Shown here: positions 38,406 through 48,305 of the stretch, in pieces
How the letters are laid out: every line of letters begins with the position of its first letter
Numbering within the stretch: position 1 is the first letter of the stretch
Assembly: GCA_937138495.1 (NCBI GenBank)
Contig: CAKZPE010000016.1
Location: forward strand, 7,977 to 71,976
DNA length: 64,000 nucleotides
Direction of reading: 5' to 3'
From: an uncultured Oceanospirillaceae bacterium
GTDB lineage: Bacteria; Pseudomonadota; Gammaproteobacteria; Pseudomonadales; Balneatricaceae
Notes under the pieces: generated by a model
The model's database searches: none
Told to the model about the DNA's origin: nothing
Seen by the model: the letters and a program-made list of their open reading frames with translations, nothing else
Position numbers and translations under genes: made by a program

Positions 38406-41400
38406 TTAACCGGCCGCTTCCTGCTGTTCATCAATGCTCAGCAGCAAATCCTGTAACTTATCCTGATAATCCCCCGGCTCCTGCCACAGACCACGTTGTG
38501 CCGCTTCCAGCAAGCGTTCGGCCATTTCTTCCAGCGCGTGGGGATTATGCTCTTCCAGAAACGCCCGGTTTTCTTCGTCGAACACCAGCGCATCAGAGAC
38601 CTTCTCATACTGATAATCCGCGATCAGATTGGTGGTGGCATCATACGCAAACATGTAGTCCACGCTGGCGGTCATCTCGAACGCACCTTTGTAGCCATGC
38701 TCTCGCATCGCACCGATCCATTTCGGGTTCAGCACCCGGGAACGGATCACCCGGTTAAGTTCTTCTTTCAGAGTGCGTACTTTAGGCTGCTGCGGATTGG
38801 AATGATCATTGTGATACACCTGCGGCATCTCGCCGCCGAATACCCGCACCGCATTGGTCATGCCTCCCTGAAACTGGTAATAGTCATCGGAGTCGAGAAT
38901 ATCGTGTTCCCGGTTATCCTGATTCTGCACCACCACTTCCAGTTGGGATAAACGGTTCTGAAAAGCCTGTTTAGCCTGCACACCGTCTTCCGCCTGGCTG
39001 CCGTAGGCATAGCCGCCCCAATTCAGGTAGGCATCTGCCAGGTCACTTTCCTGTTCCCAGCAACGTTCGTCGATCAGCCCCTGTAAACCGGCACCGTAGG
39101 CCCCAGGTTTACTGCCAAAAACCCGGAAACTGGCCTGACGCTCAGCCTCTTCCGCACTCATACCCTCAGTAATCAGTTCCGCCTGACGGGCTTCAATATT
39201 GGCCTGAATGGTATTACCGTTACCCGGTTCATCCAGGGCAGCAACCGCCTGTACAGCCGCATCATAAAGTTTCATGACGTTAGGGAAAGCATCACGGAAG
39301 AAACCGGATACCCGCAGGGTAACATCCACCCGCGGACGGCCCAGCCGCTGACAGCTCACCACTTCAAAATCCACCACTCTGTTAGAGCCCGGTGCCCATA
39401 TCGGCCGAACCCCCATCAGAGACATCGCCTGCGCAATGTCATCTCCACCGGTACGCATGGTAGCGGTTCCCCAGACGGATAAACCTATCTGTTTCGGGTA
39501 ATCACCGTGCTCCTGCAGATGCCGTTCAATCAGCGCCCCGGCGGAACGTTCACCAATGGCCCAGGCCGCCGGTGAAGGAATGGCGCGGTTATCCACCGCA
39601 AAGAAATTTCGCCCGGTCGGCAATGTATCCAGACGGCCACGGGTTGGCGCGCCACTCGGGCCCGGCGGTACAAATCCACCACTCAGGCCACTGATCAGCG
39701 AGCTGATTTCCAGCTCAGCACTTTGCAGCAATGCCCGGTAAATCACCCCGTTCACATAGTCCAGCTGTGCAGCTGTATGCGATAACTGATTCAGTATGTC
39801 TGCGCTTAGAAGCTCTGCATCAGAATCATCATTGAGGACGTATTGTTTAATCAGCGCTTTGGCCAGTAACTCCAGGCGTTCGCGGGTATCTGCCTGGGTA
39901 CGCCATGCATCGGCTGTCACTGCCTGCAGCAAGGGTGGCTGCTCACCGGCCCAGACACTGTGATCGCCGGTCAGCGGCTCAAACAGTTCGCCGTCGATGC
40001 GCAAATCCAGATCCAGCGCGATGTTATCCAGAATGCCGCGGCTATCGTCTGCATCCCCTCTTGGAAGGCGCAACAGAGCCACTAAGGTATCTGCCAACTT
40101 ATCAGTCGCCGGCAACTCACCCATAATGTGCAGGCCGTGGCGAATCTGTGCTTCCTTAATGTCACACAGGTAGGCATCCAGCTCGGATAACAGAGTTTCT
40201 TCCAGTTCTTCCTTGCTGATGTTTTCGTCGGCCTGCTCGGCGTGATTAAGATTCGTCTGGCTGAGTAGCTCTTCACGGAGGTTTGAATCATTCAGTTGCT
40301 GCAGGATAGCTTCACGCAGCCAGTTCTCCCGGGCCTGATCCATCCCCATAGCCTGATAAAACTCATCCACCAGCCCTTCCAGCTCAGCCATTTCTCCGTA
40401 GGTTTCAGCACGGGTCATCGGCGGCATCAGGTGATCGATAATCACCCCCTGGGTACGGCGCTTGGCCTGTGAGCCTTCACCGGGATCATTCACGATAAAC
40501 GGATAAAAGTGCGGCATCGGGCCTAAGGCAATGTCCGGCCAGCACTGATCAGATAATGCAGAACCTTTGCCCGGCAGCCACTCCAGATTGCCGTGTTTGC
40601 CCACATGGATAACCGCATCCACGCCGTAGCAGTGGCGCATCCAGAAATAGAAGGCTAAGTAGTTATGCGGCGGGATCAGATCCGGATCGTGATAGTTGGC
40701 TACCAGATCAATGTTAAAACCCCGGGCCGGCTGGATACCGATGAAAGTCTCACCTAAGCGCATGCCGGATAACATCAGGCGGCCGTTACGGCATTTGATA
40801 TCCTGCTCCGGGCTGCCCCACTGGTCGTATACCGCCTGCTGGCAGCTCTCCGGCAATTGCCGGAAATACTGCATGTATTCGTCAATTGCCATGCTTTGCC
40901 AGCACGGCAAGGTATGCAGGGTGTTCGGGTTGTTGGTCACCGAGCCCAGCAATTCTTTAATCAGATCATCGCCAGTCGCGGGAATATCTTCCACCGGGAA
41001 TCCGGCAGCCGCCATGGCGTTGAGGATATTCACCGTAGAAGCCGGTGTATCCAGCCCTACCCCGTTACCGATACGGCCATCTTTGGTCGGGTAGTTAGCC
41101 AGGATCACCCCGACCCGCTTATCAGCATTGGCTTTATTCGCCAGTCGGCAGTAAGCCAGTGACAGTTTTGCCACGAACCGGGCGCGCTCCTCATGCAGCG
41201 CATAACGCACTACAGAGATTTCACTGCGCTCAGCAAAATGGCTTTCAGCTTTAAAGCTCAGCGCCCGGGTAATCACCCGACCATCCATTTCCGGCAGCAC
41301 CACCTGCATGGCAATGTCACGGCTGCGCAGCCCCTGACTGTATTGCTGCCAGTCCTCTTCGGTACTGCTGGATAGCACCAGCTGCAGCACCGGCACTTCG

Positions 41401-42302
41401 CGGCTGAACGGCGAATAGAACTCACTCGGCTGAGAACACAGGTCCGGGCTGGCTACGGTGTTACTGGCAAAACCGGTGGTGTTGAGAATTAGTTTGGCAT
41501 CGCTCTGTTCCAGCAGCGCATTCACCAGCGCCATGGATTCAGGATCTTTCAGAGATGCGATGGCCAGCGGCAACGGGTTAAGCCCTTCGCTGCGCAATAC
41601 GTCGATCAGATGGTCGAACATGCCGGTGTTGGCCGACTGCAAATGGCTGCGGTAAAACAGCAACAGTGCCACCGGCGCATCCGGCACAGCGCTGGCCTGC
41701 CATTCGGCAAAGGAGGCCTGCGCCAGCCCATTTGCGGAAGACTCTCCCGCGGGCTGATAAATCATGCAGCGCGGTAATACCTGCGGCTCCCGCCACAACA
41801 GCGCTGCATGTTCCGGAATAAAATCTGCGCTTAAGTAGCGCAGCAACTGTTCAGCATTCGCGGTGCCGCCTTCCCGGAGGTAGCGCCACACCCGCTGTTG
41901 CTGTTCAGCGGTCACATTACTGGCAGTTTGCAACTGCGGATCGGGGGTATCGTCACCGGGTACCAGAATCAGCGTACGGCCGGGCTGTTTCGCCCAGTCC
42001 TGCAACCGTTCAAAGCCATATTGCCAGTAGCTGGCGCCCCCCAGCAGGGAAACGACAACCACTTTGGCCTGTTCCAGCACCTTGTGCTCATACAGGTCAT
42101 AGGCGGCAGGTTTGATGATCTGCATCCAGTTTGCCAGACGCACGCCCGGCAAGTCTGACGACGCCTGATCAACACCGCTGGCCAAACCGGCCAGGGCGCT
42201 GTCAGCCGCCGCCATGATAACGATATCCCCGGGGCTCTGATCTAAATCGATAATGCCTTCTTCATCGACAAAGCCACCGGGTTGTGCTGCCAGTAAATGC
42301 AT
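38406..42302 (-). CDS. cobN: Cobaltochelatase large subunit CobN
   Basis: 1298 aa. CobN/Mg-chelatase H family blocks run throughout (for example HVGKHGNLEWLPGK, TATMRTGGDDIAQ). TAATG start/stop overlap with cobW. Confidence 0.95.
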   Translation of the reverse strand: MHLLAAQPGGFVDEEGIIDLDQSPGDIVIMAAADSALAGLASGVDQASSDLPGVRLANWMQIIKPAAYDLYEHKVLEQAKVVVVSLLGGASYWQYGFERLQDWAKQPGRTLILVPGDDTPDPQLQTASNVTAEQQQRVWRYLREGGTANAEQLLRYLSADFIPEHAALLWREPQVLPRCMIYQPAGESSANGLAQASFAEWQASAVPDAPVALLLFYRSHLQSANTGMFDHLIDVLRSEGLNPLPLAIASLKDPESMALVNALLEQSDAKLILNTTGFASNTVASPDLCSQPSEFYSPFSREVPVLQLVLSSSTEEDWQQYSQGLRSRDIAMQVVLPEMDGRVITRALSFKAESHFAERSEISVVRYALHEERARFVAKLSLAYCRLANKANADKRVGVILANYPTKDGRIGNGVGLDTPASTVNILNAMAAAGFPVEDIPATGDDLIKELLGSVTNNPNTLHTLPCWQSMAIDEYMQYFRQLPESCQQAVYDQWGSPEQDIKCRNGRLMLSGMRLGETFIGIQPARGFNIDLVANYHDPDLIPPHNYLAFYFWMRHCYGVDAVIHVGKHGNLEWLPGKGSALSDQCWPDIALGPMPHFYPFIVNDPGEGSQAKRRTQGVIIDHLMPPMTRAETYGEMAELEGLVDEFYQAMGMDQARENWLREAILQQLNDSNLREELLSQTNLNHAEQADENISKEELEETLLSELDAYLCDIKEAQIRHGLHIMGELPATDKLADTLVALLRLPRGDADDSRGILDNIALDLDLRIDGELFEPLTGDHSVWAGEQPPLLQAVTADAWRTQADTRERLELLAKALIKQYVLNDDSDAELLSADILNQLSHTAAQLDYVNGVIYRALLQSAELEISSLISGLSGGFVPPGPSGAPTRGRLDTLPTGRNFFAVDNRAIPSPAAWAIGERSAGALIERHLQEHGDYPKQIGLSVWGTATMRTGGDDIAQAMSLMGVRPIWAPGSNRVVDFEVVSCQRLGRPRVDVTLRVSGFFRDAFPNVMKLYDAAVQAVAALDEPGNGNTIQANIEARQAELITEGMSAEEAERQASFRVFGSKPGAYGAGLQGLIDERCWEQESDLADAYLNWGGYAYGSQAEDGVQAKQAFQNRLSQLEVVVQNQDNREHDILDSDDYYQFQGGMTNAVRVFGGEMPQVYHNDHSNPQQPKVRTLKEELNRVIRSRVLNPKWIGAMREHGYKGAFEMTASVDYMFAYDATTNLIADYQYEKVSDALVFDEENRAFLEEHNPHALEEMAERLLEAAQRGLWQEPGDYQDKLQDLLLSIDEQQEAAG

Positions 42303-43423
42303 TAAACCGCTGCTGCCTCTTCAGCCGTTCCTGTTACAACAGCTTCGTTCAGTGCCGCTTCAATCACGGACTGCTCAATGCCTTTACCGATGAATACCAG
42401 CGAAGTACCACGGGTTTCTTCTGCAGTCCACGGGCGGTCAAAGTACACGTCCAGACGCTTGCCTACCGCCTGCATTACCTGGCGCATTGGCTTACCCGGC
42501 AGCGCCGCAAAACCCTTGGCACGGAAGATGTTGTTCTCTTCGATCAGGCTCTGCAGCACTTGCTGTAAACGGTCGCTGTCCACTTCACCCATCTTAATGA
42601 CGAATGAGTCAAAGTGATCATGCGCGTGCTCATGTTCGTGGTCATGATCATGGTGATGATCGTGGTGGTTATGCACATGGTTGATACGTTCTTCAGCCTT
42701 GGCGTCCAGGCCCATCAGTACGTCCAGCTCGGCTTCACCGTTGCTGATGTAAGTGGTCTTAACCGAAGACGGCACCTTGGCCGTAACACGGTCCTGAACC
42801 ACTGTACGCTGGGCTTCATCCAGCAGGTCGTTCTTGCTGACTACCACCAGATCCGCTGCACTGAGCTGATCTTCCAGCAGTTCCTGCAGTGAAGGATCGT
42901 GATCCAGGCTTTCGTCCGCCAGACGCTGTTCCTGAACCTTGTCCGCATCGTGGGCAAAACGGCCAGCCGCAACGGCCGGGCCATCGATAACAGTGATAAC
43001 CGCATCTACGGTGCAGTATTCTTTAATGCCCGGCCAGTTGAAGGCCTGTACCAGTGGCTTAGGCAGCGCCAGACCGCTGGTTTCGATCAGGATGTGGTCG
43101 ATGTCGTCACGGCGGGCAACCAGTTGCTCCATCACCGGCAGGAATTCTTCTTCCACGGTGCAGCAAATGCAACCATTCGCCAGTTCGTAAAAACCGTTAT
43201 CGCCATCTGCGGCGGTTGCGGTCTCATCTTCACAGTCCAGCGGGCAGCTGCGCAGCAGATCGGAGTCAATATCCAGCTCGCCGAATTCATTTACGATAAC
43301 GGCAATGCGCTTACCGGCCGCCTGCTTCAGTACGTTAGACAGCAGTGTGGTTTTACCGCTGCCCAGAAAGCCGGTGACAACAGTTGTCGGGATCTTATTC
43401 AGTTGCATATCTGTATCTCTCAA
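42302..43423 (-). CDS. cobW: CobW (COG0523 metallochaperone GTPase)
   Basis: P-loop GFLGSGKTTLL, metal motif GCICCT and the His-rich insert HVHNHHDHHHDHDHEHEHAHDH. Confidence 0.9.
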   Translation of the reverse strand: MRDTDMQLNKIPTTVVTGFLGSGKTTLLSNVLKQAAGKRIAVIVNEFGELDIDSDLLRSCPLDCEDETATAADGDNGFYELANGCICCTVEEEFLPVMEQLVARRDDIDHILIETSGLALPKPLVQAFNWPGIKEYCTVDAVITVIDGPAVAAGRFAHDADKVQEQRLADESLDHDPSLQELLEDQLSAADLVVVSKNDLLDEAQRTVVQDRVTAKVPSSVKTTYISNGEAELDVLMGLDAKAEERINHVHNHHDHHHDHDHEHEHAHDHFDSFVIKMGEVDSDRLQQVLQSLIEENNIFRAKGFAALPGKPMRQVMQAVGKRLDVYFDRPWTAEETRGTSLVFIGKGIEQSVIEAALNEAVVTGTAEEAAAV

Positions 43424-43486
43424 TATTCCTGCGATGCTGTCTGTTCAGTGACCTGGCAACACCGCCTGTTTCATTCTGGAAACGGA

Positions 43487-44275
43487 TTAACGCTTCACGG
43501 TACGTGGCGTTTCCGGCTTAACTTTCGGACGGTAAACGTGCGCCTGATCTTTGGCATACAGGTATGAGTCTGCAAAGTCTTCACAGTCCAGTACGTTACC
43601 GACCAGAATCAGCGCAGTACGGGTGAAGCCTTTATCCCGAACCTTCTGCACAATGTCTTTCAGGGTGCCGGTCACATGATCCTGATCCGGCCATGAGGTG
43701 CGGTAGCAAACAGCAATCGGGCAGTCTTCGCCGTAGTGCGGGATCAGCTCTTCAACGATCTTATGGATACGCAGAATCCCTAAGTGAATCGCCAGCGTCG
43801 CGCCACTTTGTGCCAGCTGAGGCAAACGCTCACGTTCAGGGAACGGGGTTTTACCCTCATAACGGGTCATGATGACTGTCTGGGTCACACCGGACAGCGT
43901 CAGTTCTTTACCCAGCATGGCCGCAGAAGCTGCCACTGCGCTGACACCCGGAATCACCTGATAATCAATACCGAACTCTTCCAGACGGCGGATCTGCTCA
44001 CCGATTGCACCGTAAAGTGCCGGATCACCGCACTGTAAGCGGGCAACATCCTTGCCCTCTTTATGGGCCTGCTCGATTACCGCAGAAATCTCTTCCAGAT
44101 CGATACTTGCCGTATCAATGATCTTCTCCGCAGTATCTTCCACTTCCGCCAGTACTTCACGGGGAATCAGGGAACCTGCATACATCACTACCGGACACTT
44201 TTTCAGGGTTTTCATACCCTTGAGTGTCATCAGATCCGGATCACCCGGGCCAGCACCAATAAAATAAACGGTCAT
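43487..44275 (-). CDS. cobM: Precorrin-4 / cobalt-precorrin-4 C11-methyltransferase (CobM/CbiF)
   Basis: VYFIGAGPGDPDLMTLKG tetrapyrrole-methylase N-terminus. AGGAG lies 8 nt before ATG 44275. Confidence 0.9.
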   Translation of the reverse strand: MTVYFIGAGPGDPDLMTLKGMKTLKKCPVVMYAGSLIPREVLAEVEDTAEKIIDTASIDLEEISAVIEQAHKEGKDVARLQCGDPALYGAIGEQIRRLEEFGIDYQVIPGVSAVAASAAMLGKELTLSGVTQTVIMTRYEGKTPFPERERLPQLAQSGATLAIHLGILRIHKIVEELIPHYGEDCPIAVCYRTSWPDQDHVTGTLKDIVQKVRDKGFTRTALILVGNVLDCEDFADSYLYAKDQAHVYRPKVKPETPRTVKR

Positions 44276-44296
44276 TTTCATGACTCCTGCAAACAT

Positions 44297-44545
44297 GCAT
44301 TGTTGTTATTCAGCAATCTCACTGCACAGCAGCAGATGCCAGCGTTACGCTGCCAGTCTTTCCAACTTCAGTATCAGCTCCGGCGCAAAACGCCGAACTT
44401 ACTGCCTGCTTCTCAGCACAGTTCTGGCGTTATGAGCGCAGGTCAGACAAGGAACAAATTTGCTGAGGGAGCGGAGCTTATGCCAATAAGTGAGCATCCC
44501 GAGGCAAATTTTGACGCCGTATGGCCAAGCGCAATAGCCAGAAAG
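44297..44545. other. 250-bp non-coding spacer inside the cob operon containing a long imperfect hairpin
   Basis: No credible ORF on the operon strand. CAAATTTGCTGAGGGA (44455-70) pairs with TCCCGAGGCAAATTTTG (44497-513), 14 of 16 positions paired. Smaller hairpins lie at about 44341-60 and 44378-95. Confidence 0.6.
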
Positions 44546-45322
44546 TTAGAGCTTCTTGCTGTATCCACGCGGGGTGTATACCCACTCTTTGCTGCCATTC
44601 AGAATGCGCTTGGATTCGCTGTTACCCACGCTCACCATGGTGAACATATCAACATCTTTCGCATCCAATTCACCCAGGGTGATGATACGGATGGTTTCAT
44701 CTTCACGGGTCAGCTGACGGCCAAGCAGTACCGGCGTACTGGCCGGACGGTATTGCAGCAGCACGTCACGGGCATGGTTAAGCTGCCAGTCACGCTTTTT
44801 AGATACCGGGTTGTAGAAAGACACTACAAAGTCACCGGCACCGGCGCTGTGAATACGCTTATCGATGGTTTCCCACGGCGTCAGCAGATCCGACAGAGAA
44901 ATGGTACAGAAGTCGTGACCCAGCATCGCACCGATACGGCTTGAACCGGCCTGCATCGCCGAAATACCCGGTACTACTTCAATTTCCACATCCAGCCATT
45001 CAGGGTGATTTTCTTTACCCTGCAGTTGCTGATCCAGCAGTTCAAATACCAGGGTAGCCATCGCATAAATGCCGATGTCACCGCTGGAAATCAGTGCGGT
45101 ATCTTTTCCGGCGGAAGCCAGATCCAGCGCCAGACGGGCACGACCGATTTCTTCGCCTAATGGCAGGTCATGGTGGGTCTTGCCTTCACACAGTTCACCC
45201 AGCAGATCCAGATACAGACCGTAAGCAACCAGATCAGTACTGGCAGCGATAGCAGTACGTGCCTTAGGCGTTAACAGATCAGCATTTCCCGGGCCGGTGC
45301 CCACAACAAATAGTTTTGCCAT
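44546..45322 (-). CDS. cobJ: Precorrin-3B / cobalt-factor III C17-methyltransferase (CobJ/CbiH)
   Basis: LFVVGTGPGNADLLTPKA plus family-wide collinearity. Confidence 0.9.
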   Translation of the reverse strand: MAKLFVVGTGPGNADLLTPKARTAIAASTDLVAYGLYLDLLGELCEGKTHHDLPLGEEIGRARLALDLASAGKDTALISSGDIGIYAMATLVFELLDQQLQGKENHPEWLDVEIEVVPGISAMQAGSSRIGAMLGHDFCTISLSDLLTPWETIDKRIHSAGAGDFVVSFYNPVSKKRDWQLNHARDVLLQYRPASTPVLLGRQLTREDETIRIITLGELDAKDVDMFTMVSVGNSESKRILNGSKEWVYTPRGYSKKL

Positions 45323-45429
45323 TTTTTCTATCTACTCTTCAGTATCGGTACCGGTGTACATACACCGGACGTATTTTCAAAATCTGTGCGCAAACGCACA
45401 GCCAGCAGGCTCACTCTGTGATCGCTGCT

Positions 45430-46200
45430 TCAGTATTTAAAGCTCCGTGCAATCGCGCACGTCGCCTGTTTATTCTTGTGTTTGGGCAGCACCAGTTCCG
45501 GCGCTTCGCCGGTGATCTGCCCGGCGGCATACAGGGCAGCTGATTCTGCCACGCCGTATACCCCAACAGTGTTAAACACGTATTCGGAACGCATGCTCAG
45601 CAAGGGTTCCATCGCCATCAGGGTGGCGGCATCCCAGGTCTGATAAGGCTTGCCAAGGGTGTTTGCCAGCTCAATCAGGCCCACTTCATCCGCTTTCACA
45701 TCAATGCTGTGAATGCTGGTGATATCGTCAATACTGAGATCCGCCTTCGCCAGGCATTCATCCAGTAAGCCCTGCAGTACATGCTCAGGGCAGTGTCTTT
45801 CACAGCCCATTCCCACGCTGTATACCGGCTCCAGATACGCTCTGGCACTGGTAATCACCGGCTGGGCATCAATCAGTTCTGCAACATCGGCAGCCCACTG
45901 ATTTGCGCCACCTTCGTGGCCGGACAATAGCGGAATCACAAACTTACCCAGCTCATCCAGCACCAGCACGGCGGGGTCTTTGTACTTATCTTCAATAACC
46001 GGAGCCAGGGTACGCATCACAATGCCGGTGGCACAGATAAAAATCTGCCGTTCCCCCCGCTGAAAAGAATCACGCACCTGCTGCTTAAACGGCTGAGGCT
46101 TGAAGCTGAGCTCGACGCTTTCTCCGGCCTCAGTCAGTAAGGTCAGGAGCATCTCCCCCAGACGTTTACCGGTATCCGTTAAGGCAAAAATCCGCATCAT
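45430..46200 (-). CDS. cbiG: CbiG (cobalt-precorrin-5A hydrolase), N- and C-terminal domains present
   Basis: N-domain ATGIVMRTLAPVIEDKYKDPAVLVLDELGKFVIPLLSGHEGGAN. C-domain VGMGCERH...IHSIDVKADEVGLIELA..LGKP. The start overlaps the cobI stop. Confidence 0.8.
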   Translation of the reverse strand: MMRIFALTDTGKRLGEMLLTLLTEAGESVELSFKPQPFKQQVRDSFQRGERQIFICATGIVMRTLAPVIEDKYKDPAVLVLDELGKFVIPLLSGHEGGANQWAADVAELIDAQPVITSARAYLEPVYSVGMGCERHCPEHVLQGLLDECLAKADLSIDDITSIHSIDVKADEVGLIELANTLGKPYQTWDAATLMAMEPLLSMRSEYVFNTVGVYGVAESAALYAAGQITGEAPELVLPKHKNKQATCAIARSFKY

Positions 46201-46937
46201 GACGGACGGTTTTCCCGCACAACAACAAACAGTGAGAAATACGGACCGGCTTCATTCACCAGTTCCGCAGCAGGCATGGTCTGCTGGTTTTCACGGCCGA
46301 TGTATTCCAGGTAACGGGCTTCATGCAGACGCCCGGTTGCTTCCAGCTGCGCCAGAATCCGTGGCCGGGCCATACCGGCTTTCATGATCACCACGCTGTC
46401 ATGGTCGGTCAGCGCTTCAGCCAACTGTTCATCCGTATGGCGACCACTGACGACAGCAAAGGATTCCTGCTGCATGGTCAGAGGCAATGCCAGCGCAGAC
46501 GCTGCCGCATTCACCGATGAAATCCCCGGCACGACTTTGCAGGTGAATTCATTTTCCAGCCGCTCAAGCAAATAGCTGAATGACCCGAAAAACAGCGGGT
46601 CACCTTCACACAGAAAAACCACATCCTGACCGGCAGCCAGGCACTCACGGATCTCCGCCGCACCTGTGTCATAGGCAGCATTCGCCGGATCACGCTGAAT
46701 CACCATCGGCATAGGCACGCTGATATGCTTTGCGTCACAGCTCGCACCGGACAGTTCCAGCGCGCCACTGGCAATGCCCCATGCCTGAGAGTGCCCTTCA
46801 GCATTCGACAGATAGCTGACCACCGCACTGTCTTTAATCAGACGCAGGGCCTTAAGTGTCAGCAGCTCCGGATCACCCGGGCCAACACCCACACCATAAA
46901 AACAACCGGTGCGGGAGGTTGCTGTCGCATTGCTCAT
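46197..46937 (-). CDS. cobI: Precorrin-2 / cobalt-factor II C20-methyltransferase (CobI/CbiL)
   Basis: FYGVGVGPGDPELLTLKA. ATG 46937 (MSNATAT) is chosen; the track ORF extends to 46991 and would overlap cobL. Confidence 0.9.
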   Translation of the reverse strand: MSNATATSRTGCFYGVGVGPGDPELLTLKALRLIKDSAVVSYLSNAEGHSQAWGIASGALELSGASCDAKHISVPMPMVIQRDPANAAYDTGAAEIRECLAAGQDVVFLCEGDPLFFGSFSYLLERLENEFTCKVVPGISSVNAAASALALPLTMQQESFAVVSGRHTDEQLAEALTDHDSVVIMKAGMARPRILAQLEATGRLHEARYLEYIGRENQQTMPAAELVNEAGPYFSLFVVVRENRPS

Positions 46938-46965
46938 ATTTTTACTCTCACTTAACGTTCGTAAA

Positions 46966-48303
46966 TTAACTTTTACAGAAACTGTATACATTCACCGGCA
47001 GATTCGGCCGGTACATTAACTGACCTGCCAGTTGCTCACCCCGGCTCACACCGATCTGAACCGTGTGCGGCTGGCAATCCGCTACGGCACAGCGCTGATC
47101 ATAAAAGCTCAGTAGCTGTTGTTTACTGTTCTCAGTCACCGCACTGGCCAGCAGCACACCGCCCGGCGGTAACAGTGCCCAGCACTGTTGTAGCAGACCG
47201 GCCATCTCACCATCGCTGCCACCAATAAAAATCTTATCAGGAGACGGTAAATCATTCAGAGCCTGAGGTGCGCGTCCCGCGACGACCTGCAAGTTTCCGG
47301 ATACGCCATACCGCTGCTGATTTGCGGTTAAACAGGCTAAACGCTGCTCATGATGCTCAATGGCAAACACCCGGCACTTTGGCTGCCAATAACTCAGTTC
47401 AATGGCCACGCTGCCACAGCCCGCACCGATGTCCCAGATACAGTCATCCACCGCCGGCTGTAACATCGACAGAATTGATAACCGGACTTCCCGTTTGGTG
47501 ATCAGCCCTTTTCCGGCGGAAGCCACATCCGCCGTCAGGCTGCACTCCTCACCGGCCAGAATGCGGCCTGCCTGCCCGGAATCGGTAATAAAACCGTTAT
47601 CAGGTATACCGGGGAATACCGGCAACTGAGCCTGCTTTGCTACAGGCAACAACGGCTCGACCAGCGTGACATGCAAAGGGTCAAAGCTGATATCGTCTCC
47701 CTCCGCCAGTTGCCGGGCAGTAAAACTGCGGACCTGCTCCTGCGGATACCCCAGCGTCTCACAGACACTGATCAGAGTTTCACCGAAACCGGCGGCCAGG
47801 CACTCTCGTGCCAGTGACCGGGGATTACTGTGTTCATCGGTCAGGATCAGCAACGGCTGACGGTTACGCAGCCGGGTGCGCAGTTTAGCCAGCGGCCGGC
47901 CATGCAGGCTCAACACTTCCACATCCTGCAATGAACGCCCCAGCCGGTGACAGGCAGCCTGCAAGCTGGAAACCGCCGGATGGTAGTGCAACTGCGCCTG
48001 CGCAAAAGTACGGCCAAACCAGGCACCGATGCCGTAAAACAGCGGATCACCGGATGCCAGAATCGCAATGCTGTCCACGTCTGAAGCCATGTCCGGCAAC
48101 TGTTGTTTCAGTACAGACAATTTGGGTAACACCACCTGACGCTGATCAGCACTCAGCAGCTCAGCCACGGTTTCAAGCTGGCGTTCGGAGCCGATAACAA
48201 CTGCCGCGCTCTGCAATCCCGCTTCAGCTTCAGCGCTAAGGCGCGCTTTATCACTGACCCCCAGGCCAATAATGTGCAACTGCAAGTGACCCATTGCTGT
48301 CAT
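46966..48303 (-). CDS. cobL: Precorrin-6Y C5,15-methyltransferase (decarboxylating) CobL (CbiE-CbiT fusion)
   Basis: N-terminal tetrapyrrole-methylase half (HIIGLGVSD) and C-terminal class I SAM methyltransferase half (IWDIGAGCGSVAIE). Confidence 0.88.
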   Translation of the reverse strand: MTAMGHLQLHIIGLGVSDKARLSAEAEAGLQSAAVVIGSERQLETVAELLSADQRQVVLPKLSVLKQQLPDMASDVDSIAILASGDPLFYGIGAWFGRTFAQAQLHYHPAVSSLQAACHRLGRSLQDVEVLSLHGRPLAKLRTRLRNRQPLLILTDEHSNPRSLARECLAAGFGETLISVCETLGYPQEQVRSFTARQLAEGDDISFDPLHVTLVEPLLPVAKQAQLPVFPGIPDNGFITDSGQAGRILAGEECSLTADVASAGKGLITKREVRLSILSMLQPAVDDCIWDIGAGCGSVAIELSYWQPKCRVFAIEHHEQRLACLTANQQRYGVSGNLQVVAGRAPQALNDLPSPDKIFIGGSDGEMAGLLQQCWALLPPGGVLLASAVTENSKQQLLSFYDQRCAVADCQPHTVQIGVSRGEQLAGQLMYRPNLPVNVYSFCKS

Positions 48304-48305
48304 GC

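Noticed and set aside
44297-44545. Possible second B12 riboswitch in the internal 250-bp gap
   Set aside because: The reverse complement lacks GCCACTG, CCCCGCAAC.GTAA, GGGAAGGC and a B12 box. Only generic hairpins are present.
44063-44944. 293-aa plus-strand ORF spanning the cobM end, the 250-bp spacer and cobJ
   Set aside because: It runs antisense to two well-supported methyltransferase genes. The composition is atypical, and it probably stays open only because of the codon bias of the opposite strand.
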